Shown here: positions 12,511 through 26,073 of the stretch, piece after piece | Position numbering within the stretch: position 1 is the stretch's first letter | Layout of the letters: each line of letters starts with the position of its first letter | Source: Eledone cirrhosa | Taxonomy: Eukaryota | DNA length: 64,000 bases | NCBI GenBank assembly: GCA_964016885.1 | Contig: OZ024755.1 | Coordinates: forward strand, 8,246,001 to 8,310,000 | Direction of reading: 5' to 3' | Notes under the pieces: generated by a model | The model's database searches: none | Told to the model about the DNA's origin: nothing | Seen by the model: only the letters and a program-made list of their open reading frames with translations | Position numbers and translations under genes: made by a program

Positions 12511-14127
12511 TGGTGTTGAACTGTACAATTTCATGATTCATCCCTTTATTTCAAGGATAAATATTTTTGTTACATAAATATTCTCTTCCGTGTTTTATTT
12601 CCTTTGATTCTGCTGTTATTGTGAACATACTATTTTATTCTATTTCAATTCAAGTCGAATTCCATTCCTACAGCTATTGACTTGTGAGAAAATTATATTA
12701 CTTGCCATATGTTTTGTGTTTGTTTCTGTCAAAAGTATTTTCTTGAGATGTCTGGTTATGTATGCTTTATTGTTTCCCAACTTCATAAAATTTTCTTAAT
12801 TCCATTGTGATTTCCATGGTGATTGTGTTTGTTGTGATAAGTTCATTTCTTAATTCTTGTATTGGTCCTCTTAGATTTGCCTGGTCATTTGTTTTTACTA
12901 CTGTTATTGTTCATGTTATGAATGTGATTCTTTTTAGAAACATTTGTTGTTAAGGTGGTAAATTGGCAGAGGAATAAGGGTGTCTCTGAGGATCCCTCTT
13001 GACGAAAACTCCTCCTGATTATTGCTGAACGAACTTCAAAGACTGGCCTTTCTTTTCGTGGTCATAAAATGCCTCAAACATGAAGATCAGGAAGATCAGA
13101 AAGATATGGGGGTTCGATTCCTTATAGTGGTCAATGGCAACTTCTTTTCCCGTCTGTAAGGGCCTTCACTCTGTTTTATAAGATATTGTATAGCAGCTAC
13201 GAGCATGATCACGCCGTTCTTTATATTAAATTATTCCCTCACAACTTCATGTCTGAGAGATCGGCTTCGTTTACACAACGTTTGTACACACAGATATATA
13301 CACATTGAAACAGAAAAAGTGGATAGTTGACCATTTTGTGCCGTCTTCAGATTCATCTTAGGAGATATATTCAAGAGGAAAAAATATTGTTTATTTTCAT
13401 AATAAATTTTAAAATTGCTTTCTGTCACATGAAGTAAGATTTTGATTCCTCAGTGTAACTATTCTGTGGCAAGACAATATATCTTTATTCATAAACAGCA
13501 CATATATATATAGAAGGGTGTTAAGATCAGTTGAATGGTGGAGAGAGAAAAACGTTTCCGTGTTTGATAGAAAGAAAAGCACATTTCCTGTTCTCTCTAT
13601 ATTCTATTATGATGACTCATACAAAGAATTTAGATAGATAAACAATAACATTAAAACAAATATATAACTTCTTAACCTTTCATATTTATCGTTTGTCAGT
13701 GTGACACCTCCTTGCAAACCTTCTTTTAAATAATTTAAAACATCTAAAATGGAGAAATGTTAAACGTTAGCCAAGCTAGCAGGCCGTTGAGAAACATCAT
13801 GTAATATAATAAATTTATTTCCATTGAACATTGGTATAGATCTATAGTTTGAGAAGTCTTACATCGGATAAGAAACAAAATGCGCTATAAACTTACTATA
13901 AACTTAGAGGAAAGAAAGAACGTTTATTATAAACTTACATAATGATGCAAGCAGGTAAAATTTCTACAGAATTATAATACACACATGATTTGTTATAGAA
14001 TACAACTACCAGCTGCGCATTTTCCCCATTCCCTTTAAACATGCAGTGTCTTCACATCGTGAGCACTAAAAAAAAGACTGGCAAGTCACCTGTCAGGTAC
14101 ACAGATACACACTCACCCACACATATA

Positions 14128-14340
14128 ATATATATATATATATATATTATATTATATTATATTATATATTATATTATATATATATATATATATATTATAT
14201 TATATATATATATATTATATTATATATATATATATTATATTATATATATATATATTATATTATATATATATATATTATATTATATATATATATATTATAT
14301 TATATTATATTATATTATATTATATATATATATATATATG
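14128..14340. repeat. (TA)n/(TATAT)n compound microsatellite
   Basis: Directly visible. Confidence 0.95.
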
Positions 14341-15449
14341 GTTGGAAGATAGGGAAAGATGACAAAAACGAAAGCAAGACAGATCATGGTAAAATGTATA
14401 TAAGTATATATATATAGCGTACATATAATAAATATAATATAATACATATAATACATATAATATAATACATACAATATATATCGTACATATAATAGCGTAC
14501 ATATATATAATTATATATATATATATATATATAAGTATATATATATATATAGCGTACATATAATACTCACACCGGTACATACATTTAAAAGCACACTGAT
14601 GCACATTATATATATAACCATATAAAATGTGTGTGTGTGTATACATCGGTATCCTCATTCATGAGTATATCAATATGTGGGTGCATGAGTTTGTATGTGT
14701 GTGCGTCTGTATCTGCCGTTATGAAATATAAGCTAGGACCCATCACCTTGAACACTGTGATGTCATTGTTTCACCAGAACTAATATCTGCCACATGACAA
14801 TATCAACAAATACTACATAAAACTATATAGTTGAATCATAAGAGCTTTCCTTACGCAACGATACGCTGAGAATGTTATGCTATCGTTTGAATAATATACT
14901 TACAAACACTATCTTATTCTCGCTTCATAACTTTTCAGTCAAGACAGTTGAAATGAAATTTTGAATATAAATGAGTAATGAAGCATCATTTTTCCTTTCG
15001 CCTTTGATGTTATTTAGCAGTGACCCTTCTCTATAACTTGGCTCCATACGTATTTGGCATGAAGTTCTATTGCTAAGTATGTATGCTTTCCGCGTCGTTG
15101 TGTACATTGCTCTCCATGTTTGATCATTGCACGTATTTTAATTCTTATTGCCTTCAAATAATACGGTTGACTGGATAAAAAGTTATCTTATTAAGCAATG
15201 AAACCAGCATTATTTGGTTAGCTTAGCATAGCTGAAGCATTAGTCAACATTTTTTTCCATTTTAGTTATGATTTTCCATTTTATGATTTTAATAGTCTGT
15301 AACATTATAAACATGCTTTTAAAAAAATGCCCTTAATCTTTGTATGACATTTGTCAATAGTTTCATATAAAACCAAATGTTCATTTTATCTCTTTTTTTG
15401 TCGTTGCATTTGAGTCAAGGCAATATTAAATTCCATAGCATTGGAAACC

Positions 15450-15632
15450 TTGTTAGTACGTTAGACAATCGTATTTAATTACGGCTATTTGCGATCGAAA
15501 TTCACATTCTGCCGAGCTCAATCTTTCCTTACGGAGTGGATAAAATAAAGTACCGGTGGAGTACTGGGGAGCATTTAATCAAATGCCCCTCCCACAAAAT
15601 TGTTGGCCTCGTACCTAGATTAGAAATCATTA
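15450..15632 (+). mobile_element. Older, diverged SINE family A copy
   Basis: TTCCTTACGGAGTGGATAAAATAAAGTACCGGT and 3' end TGGCCTCGTACCTAGATTAGAAATCATTATT. Confidence 0.7.
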
Positions 15633-15645
15633 TTAAATTCGTTGA

Positions 15646-15838
15646 GGACGGTGGATTGGCAGTATCGGTAGAGGGTTGGACGCCATGCTTTGACGCATAA
15701 AGTTACGGCCCTTGCCATTCTGAGTTCAAATCCCGCCGAGCTTAACTTTGCCTTTCATCTTTACGGGGTCAATAAAATAAAGTACCAGTAATGTACTCGG
15801 TAATTGCTGGCCCTCTGCCAAAAGTAGAAACAATTATT
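15646..15838 (+). mobile_element. SINE family A, full length, with TSD
   Basis: GGTGGATTGGCAGTATCGGTAGAG...GAGTTCAAATCCCGCC...GCCTTTCATCTTTACGGGGTCAATAAAATAAAGTACCAGT; AATTCGTTGAG on both sides. Confidence 0.92.
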
Positions 15839-16119
15839 GAATTCGTTGAGATCGTCAGATTTGTTATAGTATTCGACAAAATGATATCTGATATTTAATT
15901 AGAAATCTTTAGGTTCGGAGTTCAACACCTGCCGTCACTCCTGTCCATAAAGCTGACCCCACCCCCAACAAAATAAAAGCAAGTTGAAACTGTTATTCAA
16001 AAGGTCAGTCTTGTCATACAATGTTTCAGGCATAATCTTGGCATGTGTACCATTAATATAATTGTTATCAAGATTCTACTGTTATAAAAAGGTTGGTTAT
16101 TTGAAATAGAATACAGTCT

Positions 16120-16285
16120 ATCCGACGAGGTTCCAAATATTTTCCGTCTATCTAATTTCAATGACAAGGCTTGGTTCGTCCCAAGGCTTTTGTAAATGAC
16201 ACTTGCCCAAGATGGTAAGTTGTGGGATTGAAACCGTTTCGTTTTAATTACGAAGCGAATTACTTAAACATACACCCATGCATGC
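16120..16285 (-). mobile_element. Degenerate SINE, family C
   Basis: TTCCGTCTATCTAATTTCAATGACAAGGCTTGGTTCG...GACACTTGCCCAAGATG...TGGGATTGAAACC (reverse-complement B box-like). Confidence 0.65.
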
Positions 16286-16310
16286 TCGGAAAACTTGGCC
16301 ATAGCTATAA

Positions 16311-16527
16311 TTGTTTCTAGTTTAGGAACAAGGCCAGCAATTTTGGAACGAGGGAAAATTGATTAAATCGACCTCAGAGCATTACTGGTGCTTTATTTAT
16401 CGACCCCGTAAGGGTGAAAGGCAAAGCTAACCTCAGCAGTATTCGAACACAGATCGCAAAGGGACGCAACTCTTGCCATAAAGCATGTTGTCCAACGCTC
16501 TACCGATTCTGCCTCTTCACCGTCCTG
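16311..16527 (-). mobile_element. SINE family A (long variant) with 13-bp TSD
   Basis: CCATAGCTATAAT on both flanks; central ATCGACCCCGTAAGGGTGAAAGGCAAAG. Confidence 0.88.
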
Positions 16528-17371
16528 CCCATAGCTATAATGGTATTGAGTATAATTAGAAAATCTTTCCTCTTCTTGAAAAACGTTCTACATTAACTAT
16601 TAAATCAAATTGCAATTTTCATCGCGTCAGAGAGATCCTGAAATATATTGTGACAATATATAACGCCTGCTCCTCAATGGGCTTGAAAATAACTTTTTTT
16701 CATTTTTTTCTACTCTAAATGAAGTTATATGCGTAATAAATCAGAAAATATTTCTGCCTTTTTCTATGAGAATTGCCTGCGGGATATTCATGTCAACAGT
16801 TTGTGTAAGTATGACGTATTATTTGAAGTACTGAAGAAAAAGAGGATAATTTCAGCTATTTCTGCAGCTGTTGATGCTTGATGTACATGGCAATAATTGT
16901 CAAGGACTATTATACTATATTGATACTAGCTAAGAATCCACAATTCAATATATCCAAGTGTTGTCATAAAATGGGGAAAATATTAACATACGTTGAATAT
17001 TGTACTTACCAATAAATTACAATTCTCCTTAAAATATGGTTGTAAATGTATTGGGTAGAGCGTAAATGTAGTGAATCACATTTATTGTTACAAGTAAATA
17101 AAATAAAATAAAAGTAGAATATATGTAAATAGTTACATTTTTTGAGGAACTAATTCTTGTAGGAATATAAAAGAAGGATATTTTAATATCTCAAATGGAG
17201 TTTGTGTAAGAACCAGGTGTTTGAACCGCCTCACTATTGTGCAATAAACGAATTCCGTTGGTAAAGCACAAACATACATAACAGTTTAAAGTACCAATGT
17301 TGTTCCATATATTTAATACTAGTAGCTATACCCGGCCTTGGCCAGAATGCCTAAAATAAATCCAATTACAT

Positions 17372-17552
17372 TTGGCAGTATCGGTAGAGAATCGGGCGCC
17401 ATGCTTTGCGGCATAGAGTTACGTCCCTTTTCGGTCTGAGTTCAAATCCTGCCGAGGTTAGCTTTGCCTTTCATCCTTACGGGGTCGATAAAATAAAGTA
17501 CCAGTAATGCACTGGGATAATTGCTGGCCTTGTGCCAAAAGGAGAAACAATT
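17372..17552 (+). mobile_element. SINE family A
   Basis: TTGGCAGTATCGGTAGAG, GAGTTCAAATCC, GCCTTTCATCCTTACGGGGTCGATAAAATAAAGTACCAGT. Confidence 0.92.
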
Positions 17553-17648
17553 TTATTATAGTCTAAGGAAGTACTTAAAAAAAATATGCTGGTGTTCAAA
17601 GGATCTGAACATTGTTATTCCTAGTTTCTAGTCAGAGATTTGTAGTAT

Positions 17649-18399
17649 GTTGTTGGTAGTCTGTTGTTGGTGTGTCTGTTGTTGGTGTGTCTGTTGTTGG
17701 TGTGTCTGTTGTTGGTAGTCTGTTGTTGGTAGTCTGTTGTTGGTAGTCTGTTGTTGGTAGTCTGTTGTTGGTAGTCTGTTGTTGGTGTGTCTGTTGTTGG
17801 TGTGTCTGTTGTTGGTAGTCTGTTGTTGGTAGTCTGTTGTTGGTGTGTCTGTTGTTGGTGTGTCTGTTGTTGGTGTGACTGTTGTTGGTAGTCTGTTGTT
17901 GGTAGTCTGTTGTTGGTAGTCTGTTGTTGGTAGTCTGTTGTTGGTAGTCTGTTCTTGGTGTGTCTGTTGTTTGTGTGTCTGTTGTTGGTAGTCTGTTGTT
18001 GGTAGTCTGTTGTTGGTAGTCTGTTGTTGGTGTGTCTGTTGTTGGTGTGTCTGTTGTTGGTGTGTCTGTTGTTGGTGTGTCTGTTGTTGGTAGTCTGTTG
18101 TTGGTAGTCTGTTGTTGGTAGTCTGTTGTTGGTGTATCTGTTGTTGGTAGTCTGTTGTTGGTGTATCTGTTGTTGGTAGTCTGTTGTTGGTGTGTCTGTT
18201 GTTGGTAGTCTGTTGTTGGTAGTCTGTTGTTGGTGTGTCTGTTGTTGGTGTGTCTGTTGTTGGTAGTCTGTTGTTGGTGTGTCTGTTGTTGGTAGTCTGT
18301 TGTTGGTAGTCTGTTGTTGGTAGTCTGTTGTTGGTGTGTCTGTTGTTGGTAGTCTGTTGTTGGTGTGTCTGTTGTTGGTAGTCTGTTGTTGGTGTATCT
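17649..18399. repeat. Minisatellite of interspersed 14-bp (GTTGTTGGTAGTCT) and 15-bp (GTTGTTGGTGTGTCT) units
   Basis: About 50 tandem units visible; minor variant GTTGTTGGTGTATCT in the distal part. Confidence 0.97.
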
Positions 18400-18554
18400 G
18401 ATTATTAAACTTTAATACTCCAGTGGATGAGATTGGACGCTGCCAACATGCCTAACTAGAGCATGGTGGCTCACTAGAAAATGGTGGCTCACTAGAACAC
18501 ATTGAACATTCCTCTCTATGTTGAAAACCTGGGTATAGAGTCCTGAGGAAGAAT

Positions 18555-18625
18555 CATCAGTCATGCATGCATAAACCTCCCCACCACACGCCACGCATGT
18601 TGTCCAAAGGAAAGGAAATATCCAA
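18555..18625 (-). mobile_element. Fragment of a dispersed repeat, probably a SINE 3' region
   Basis: Reverse complement TTGGACAACATGCGTGGCGTGTGGTG matches TTGGACAACATCAGTGGCGTGGGGTG at ~42428. Confidence 0.5.
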
Positions 18626-19781
18626 TACAACGTAAAGGGTCAAAAGAGACACCAGAAGATATCACGTTCGATACCCTAACAATTCAGCTAATAAACCACC
18701 CTAGATTGATAATTTAGAGTCGCCGCAAGAGAGTTGACCTCGGTGAGATTTTAATTGAGAGCGTTTTAAATCGACGCTACATAAAGTTTGTCATTTTGCC
18801 ACGAAGTATATCAACAGTTCAAGCTTTAGAAAAGATGACAGCTAATATGCGTAAAATTATGCTTCTCTGCATATTTTCAATGAATTCAAATATATATAGT
18901 TAAGAGACGCTTTTATATATTTGACGTCAGTTAGAATTCAAGATTTATTAACTCGTAGTTGAATGATTTAACTAACGTTAATATTTACTCTGGCTATAAG
19001 TTTGCTATTGTGATTGTGCATACAAATATCGACATTTATCATTACGTGGACTCAGTACATTGTATTATGACGTGCGTTACATGTAGCTATATGATGTGGT
19101 TTGTTATAATTTGATATATTGCCTTGTTACACATGCGACTTTTATACTTGTTGAAATTAAACGTACTATGTTGTGTGATGTTGGATTTTTTGACGTGTTA
19201 TGCTACGTTATTCATTAATGTATTGTGCAATGAAGTTTATTAGCCTTTAAATATATTTAATTCGGCGAATATGCAGAAAGATTAAAGTATCAAATTAAAT
19301 GCCTCGGTATCTGTTTCGGCTTAATGCGTTCTGAGTTCAATTCCCATCGATATCAACATTACAAATACTTCAAGGGTTGATAAATAAAGTACCAGTTGGA
19401 GGGGAATGATTTTGCGCCATACTTAGTAGTGGATGAGATGCTTTTCTATATTTGATCTGAGTCCGTACGTTCTGAATAAACGTCTCACCTCTTTCTTTCA
19501 GGATTTCCGACCAGTAGATCATATCAGCAATGGAAAATAGTACTAGAATCATTGACTCATTGTCCTGATCCGACAATAAGTTTCTTGATTCTCAAATATA
19601 ATTTATTTGATACTGTGTGTAAAGATGTTTAAAAAGGATAGAGATATTGTTTTCTATAATTAAAAAAAGTTGTTCTACTGAGAGTACTGAATGTAAGCCG
19701 AAACCGCTTGGCACCGCGGTTCGGATTATCTGTATCTCTCTCCCTCTCTCTCTTTCTCTCTCATATATATATATATATATA

Positions 19782-19970
19782 TAAAACAAAGAGGGTGGAC
19801 CATAACACACCAGAGTACTCAATACTTAGGGTAGTAGAATGGGTAATAGGAAAAGAGTCAGGACCTCGATGGCAAAGCTCCGGCCATTTCCACAGCTAGA
19901 TTCCAACAGTTTGGATCTAGCTGTCGAAACGGCCGGCGCTCAGCCTTCGGGGTCCTGACTCTTTTCCTAT
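19782..19970. mobile_element. Repeat family X fragment with ~60-bp imperfect fold-back
   Basis: 19846-19906 pairs with 19911-19970 with about 8 differences; (TA)n on both sides. Confidence 0.8.
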
Positions 19971-20453
19971 ATATATATATATATATACACGCACTCACAC
20001 ACATATATATATATATGCATGGATATATGTATAATCATTGACACTACCACCTTGTACCACTCAACACAGTATGTATTTTATCTGCAATATGTCAAATATT
20101 GCTCCCATATATATGAACTATTTACTTGATGACTCTCTGTCATACGTCAGTTCTTATATATGAATAAGAATTGATTATTGACAATAATAGAAATGACACT
20201 ATGTGAGAGTAGAAGTATTGATATTTTGAATTCTACGTCATAATAAATAACTGGAAAGCTGTGCAAATATATTTAAAGTTGATTGCGATTTTCAGATTCG
20301 GAACATAATTCTTGTATTATGATTCATATCATGAACATTCAATATAATCTTGTAACTTTCTACTCACATAGCGCATAGTCTAGTATAAGCTTATTAAAGT
20401 AGTACTTGACCTTTACTAAACTAATCCTTTGGATTGCCTGTATGGGTAGGTTC

Positions 20454-20845
20454 GTGGATTGGCAGTATTGATAGAATATCGGACAACATGCTTCGCGACA
20501 TAGAGTTACGGCCGTTTATGTTCTGATTTCAAATCCCGCTGAGGTTAACTTTGCCTATCATACTTATGGGATCGATAAAATAAAGTACCTAAAACGCACC
20601 GGCGTTGATTTAAACCAAAAGAGAAATATGTTGACCTTGCGCCTAAATCAGGAACCATTATTAGGGGCAGTATCGGTAGAGAGTCGGACGCCATGCTTTC
20701 CAGCATAGTTACGTCCCTTTACGGTCTGAGTTCAAATCCCGCCGAGGTTTACTTTGCCTTTCATCCTTACGGGGTCGATAAAATAAAGTACCAGTAATGC
20801 ACTGGGTATTTGCTGGCCTTGTGCCTAAAGTAGAAACAATTATTA
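20454..20845 (+). mobile_element. Two tandem SINE family A copies (older ~20454-20663, younger ~20666-20845)
   Basis: Each has a GGCAGTAT head, TTCAAATCCCG B box and the central GATAAAATAAAGTACC motif. Confidence 0.9.
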
Positions 20846-23035
20846 AACTAGTACTTTATTTATTGACCTCGAAAGTACGAATGGCAATGTGCATCTCGAT
20901 GCTCAGTGGGCTGGGAAAGATACAGGAGCCGTTTTAATTCGGGGTCTTGATTTAGAATAATATCGTATAATGTGTATTTTCTTTAAAATAGTAGAATGTG
21001 ATTTGAAAGAAAAGTGGCTGCTATTTTTAGCAAACCATATGACCACATGGATGTTCCTTCTCTTTGTTTTCATTTTTTTAATATAAATGAACGATGATGT
21101 AAAATCAGTTTTAAATGGGATATTTACTTTAAAGACGTGTCCGCCTTCTTTATATATAAAAAAAATATAATACACCAATTTCTTCCGTATAATTAGGCTA
21201 TATTATCAGAATTCGAAACACATTTTAGAATCATTGATATATCGATTGGAGCTTTGCAACTACACACAATGCTGCATTCACGCACACCATATTTTCTAAC
21301 ATAGCTATATCATAAAATAAAACAGGCATTTTAGAGAAAGTCGGATTTAATTACAACATAAGCAGATAAAAATAAAAATAATAAATATTAAATATTTGTT
21401 GGAATGCCACAGGAAATATCCGTTGCTTTAATTCAAAGCAGGCATGGACTAAAATATGAATTATTAGAAAGAAAATCAAATTATCTTATGAGATTAGTAA
21501 CGATTGACACATGAACAAAATAAAATTTAAACTTTAAAATATGTTTATAACTACTTTATTTAAATATTCAATGATCGCGTTGTTTGATGTTATTTGGGGG
21601 AAAAAAGCAAATTATAATCGATAAATTTATTAATGATAAATAAAAATTAAACATCTCTAAATTAATTAATCGGAACAGCTTATAATTCTCAATAAAATTT
21701 ACTCCGACATGGGAAATGGAGAGATGTGGAAGGCGTAAAAACGAAACCAAAAAAAAAAAGAAAAAAAGAAGACGATGTTAGAGATTGAACCAAGGAAATT
21801 ATGTTTCTATTATTGATATAATGGTTGCAACTCGTGACAGAAACGTTACGGTTTTCCCGTCGTGATTTGATCAGAACACACAGAGCTGACTGGAACAGAT
21901 ACCGTCCAACGATTTAACAATTCCACTAATTCAAAATCCTATGAATGGGAACTTTATTTATCGACCCAAATGTATGAAAGATAAAGTTAGATAGGGGTAG
22001 ATTTATTTATGTTAAGTTCAGGAAATGGACAGTCTTAATTATGTATAGGTATGTCAAACAAATATTTCCAAGATGGAAACCTGGAACGACAGATATATTC
22101 CTTTAGAGATAAAGTTGAAAATATTTCTCCCACGAATTAGATTAATTTGAAAATAAGCTAGTCTGATAGATATTATAAAAGAGACTAATTTGTTGCTCAT
22201 AGATTTTTGTTGGTCTTTTTTCTGTGATAGATTTTCCTTACCACATAAAGGTTGCTCAGGGAATGATTCAGTCAAAAACCTATCTACTTTTCAGGAATTT
22301 TAACAGACATCTACAGGAATTTAGCAGCTCACAGCCTACAAATTTTACAGCCGACACAATTTCTTATCTGAACAAATCGTCCAATTTTCTTAAGTTCATT
22401 TTAACTTTCCCGAATTCATTAACTCTTTGGCATTCAAAACTAATATTTCTTTCCTGATGTAAAATGTTGCTCTTATAAATGTTTTAGTTCTAAATATCCA
22501 TGTACTGCTGAATAAGTTATAGCTGCATTGACAATATTTCGCATTAAATATATGAACAGCTGTTATATATAACATGATGTCTTACGTATATCGCACGAAC
22601 TAACATATTGCTTTCGAATCACATTGTATATTATTCAATAATAGTAGTACCTTCCGAATACAATATAATACATAATATCAGGTAGGGTACAATAGCACTG
22701 CACAACTTATATACAAAATACCAATTGTAAACTGCAACCCAGATACATACAAAAATGATACAAACGTTTAGCATAAATAATCTCTGTTGTTGATCAGCTA
22801 TGTTAGAGATATGCATCATGTATGAAAACAGAAAGAAAATAACAGTAATGTTAAATCAAAGAATCATACTCACTTGTTTCCTATGACAATTTCACCATGT
22901 CCACGTAGTAATGGTACCAAATACGATAACATTATTGGCTATATCTTATCAAGATGGCGTAGACATAAAACTACAGGTGGGTTCATAATAATCTAAAATG
23001 AAACCTGGATTTTGTTGAAGAGTCCATATACAATA

Positions 23036-23079
<44 letters not shown>

Positions 23080-25878
23080 ATGTAGACGCATGTTAAATCG
23101 ACCTGTAATGGTTTCGATGATGAATGTTCTAGATGTTCCATTAACAGAATATCATGTTCAAGAAAATAATATTCATGTAGATGTACATTAAAATAATTCT
23201 GAGGGGCGTTCGGCGTGACAGTGTTACGGGGCTAGCGCTTTGGATTACAGACATTCAAACAGGCTTTCAAACATTTCCCCTTTATCCAATCTTACAAATG
23301 TATGGTAAATGATATTCGCTTAAGATTCCATAAAATGGGATCACACTGGGTACCTTATGAAAGTGTAAAAAACTTCTAAAACATTAGGAATTGCTACGTT
23401 CACGTTTAACACATGTATAGTTATATGTATATGTGTGAAGTCTCATTGCAATTGCGATGTGGTTTGAATTGCTTCAACAATTACAAAATATCCTAGGACA
23501 GGCGACACAATTCTACAAATATTCAATATCAATTAGATTAAGTTGTGTTTTGTTATAGTAGAGAGCTACCAGAACCCTCTTACATAGTCTGTAAATAATT
23601 TGAAAAATTGGTCCCAAAATTAATGTGATTCGTTTTTGAAACAATCAATAATGTTTTTAATATTATAGATTTTTCAAAAATCAAAGTTAATCAAATATGA
23701 CACACCTCCTACGATATTTATTATCAAATCAAGAGCTACAACTGATGTCACACTCTATATTTCAACGTATTATATTTTAACAGGTTCCCCATAAAGAATA
23801 TATACACTGATTCATAAAAAATAGTTTGTAGTACTTTATCAAGTAAATTTAGTGCTTACATTAACCAGAAATATTGGTAGGTCAGATAACCATGTCTTGC
23901 TCATTCAGGACTGATTTTGGCTTGGCTTTTACAGCTGGATCCCTTGCCTAACACCAACCTCTTTTGTCGTGACACCTACACGACCACTTTACAGTAGGAT
24001 TCACCATAGAATATTCCTTGTTGAATCACCTTGAGTATACCTCACCGAGTTTATTACTACATATTTCATCTCGTTACAGATAGGATATATTTTGATGGAA
24101 TTTCAGTTGCTAATTTTAGCAATTCGAGCTACAGAATCTCCTTCTCATCTCACACGTCTCTAGTTAGACCTTATCAGCAAATGCGCATTGGCTGAGTGTC
24201 AGGGCAATAAGCCAATCATTGTGAACATTTTCAAAATATTTAAAGTTAACGATTTATATTACAAACAGACTACTACTCATAAAACCACAAATAGCATATT
24301 TGATGAGATATCATACATCTAGATAGAGTCCTGATGCCTTCTAACCTATCAATGTTGCTGAAATGTATATATCTTCGAAAAAAAGTTAACTCTTAATACC
24401 CTAGCCTACATAACTGTAAATAAGGTGGTCCAGTAAGCAATTAAACCAGATGTCTCCACTTCTACAGGTTCGACCACAAATCTATTGGAGAGCGACCGAT
24501 ATTTCGATAGTTTACCCTTCTCTGTCTGACGAGCAGCGAAGTCTGGGTTAGTTGTCTAATGCACCAGGTTGTCGCTGGTGAAGGTGTCACAGTATATAAC
24601 ATCCAAGCTGAGGGGGGCCTACCTTCGCAGAAAGGGAAGCTTGTTATGCCATTTGACATTTTTCCGTTTCCTTGGTCCAGTCCCACTAGCAGTGTCGAAG
24701 CCAAGGCTTATAAATTTAACTGTAGACTATATCATTGTTTGTGACAATCTCTATTAACAGTTGGTTCAGCTCCTTACATATCTGAATACATTGCAATATG
24801 GTCACTGCTCGAATGACTTTGATCCTATATCAGCATTATCAGAAATGCATCTTAGCAACAATTCACAATCAACTGAATTAGATACTTATTGACATGCAGT
24901 GAAAACTTGCCTTAATATCTTATTCATAATTAGCACATAATAATGTCTAAGAATTGAATTATTTTACGTGCCTGATTGAATTGCATGTTACTTTCACTCC
25001 ATGTTCATATATACACGGAGACGTATTCGGTTAAAGCTAGAGATTTATTCCACATCATAACATGAGGCAGCCATACAAAGTAAGAAGTGTTAATCATCCT
25101 AACTGACTTACTGTAATAAGACTCTGTAAACGATTCTAAAATATCACGATTCATATTTAAGTCTGGCGGTGTTGGTGAGAAACTGCAGATTCTTCAGTCG
25201 ATAAATTATTCATAAATTGCAAACTATCTTTACTGTCTGATATCTTCTCAGCCAGTTCTTCCAAAGTAATTATTTATGCACATTTTCACATATTTATCAA
25301 AGGGAAGGGGGGAAACAATTCGAGGTGAGGTGGTGTAGTAAAATATTTCATGAAGTCACCAAGAAAATATATCACAAGAAATACCAGTTATTTAACTGGA
25401 TCAACAAAGTATGCTCTACGTTGACACTCCTGCTAGAAATAGCAATCCACTCTTCACCAGATTAAGCGTTACTCTCTTGAAAATAATACCATCACAGGAT
25501 AGTCAAACAAATGTGTTGGATTAGGGCTGATTTGGGACTAAATAACATTGCCTAGCTACACAATTTGCTGGAATTACAAGGTCTTTAGAACCTTATGCTA
25601 TAACGTGTCAATGTGTGTAAGGTTGTATAGGTGATAATATAAGCTTCTTGGGACTGGAATAATTCAGAACTTAATTCCCGATTGGCACTAATTCTTTCTA
25701 ACAAACCTGTAGAATATATATTGTTAGTTTGTTTTCTGAATTGACCCAAACATCATGTTACGATGTTTGTGATATTTTTAATGGCATTAATGTCAGTGAA
25801 ATAGTTGGTTGAGTAGTGAGCCCGTGTATATTTTCTCCTTGTCTGTTCTCAAATTATACAACATTTTACTGTTTCATG

Positions 25879-26073
25879 CCTGCCTGTCAACTCTCCCCGT
25901 CCGACAGGGAGATCTCTCACCCACTTTGAGGTAGGTGAGAAATGCCTTTTCTTGTGTAAATGGGTATACCTTTCATTATGTAAAATCTCCCCATTTTGCC
26001 TCATTTCTCCCCATTTTGGGGCACTTTTATTCATGGTACGCCCCTATTGGGATTTTAAAGGTTGGCAGGTCTG
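25879..26073. mobile_element. 195-bp MITE, probably hAT superfamily
   Basis: 8-bp direct repeat GTTTCATG at 25871-25878 and 26074-26081; imperfect terminal inverted repeats CCTGCCTGTCAACT and GGTTGGCAGGTCTG; 8-bp TSDs are characteristic of hAT elements. Confidence 0.72.

Noticed and set aside
12978-13015. Hammerhead-like CTGAGGA...GACGAAA
   Set aside because: No stem I, poor stems II and III, and it lies in what looks like a decayed SINE head.
17316-17346. Helitron-like terminus TACTAG...TACCCGGCCTTGGCCAG
   Set aside because: Only ~30 bp of loose resemblance and no matching other end found.
17649-18399. CRISPR-like array
   Set aside because: No unique spacers, units of only 14-15 bp, eukaryotic context and no cas genes.
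22631-22995. Possible minus-strand exons (donor GTGAGT at 22867-22872; hydrophobic 62-aa ORF)
   Set aside because: All three frames from the nearest acceptor contain stops, the downstream pyrimidine tract lacks a proper AG, and the peptide is not recognisable.
24440-24760. GC-richer segment with three overlapping short ORFs
   Set aside because: No recognisable domain; probably an old repeat fragment that I cannot classify.
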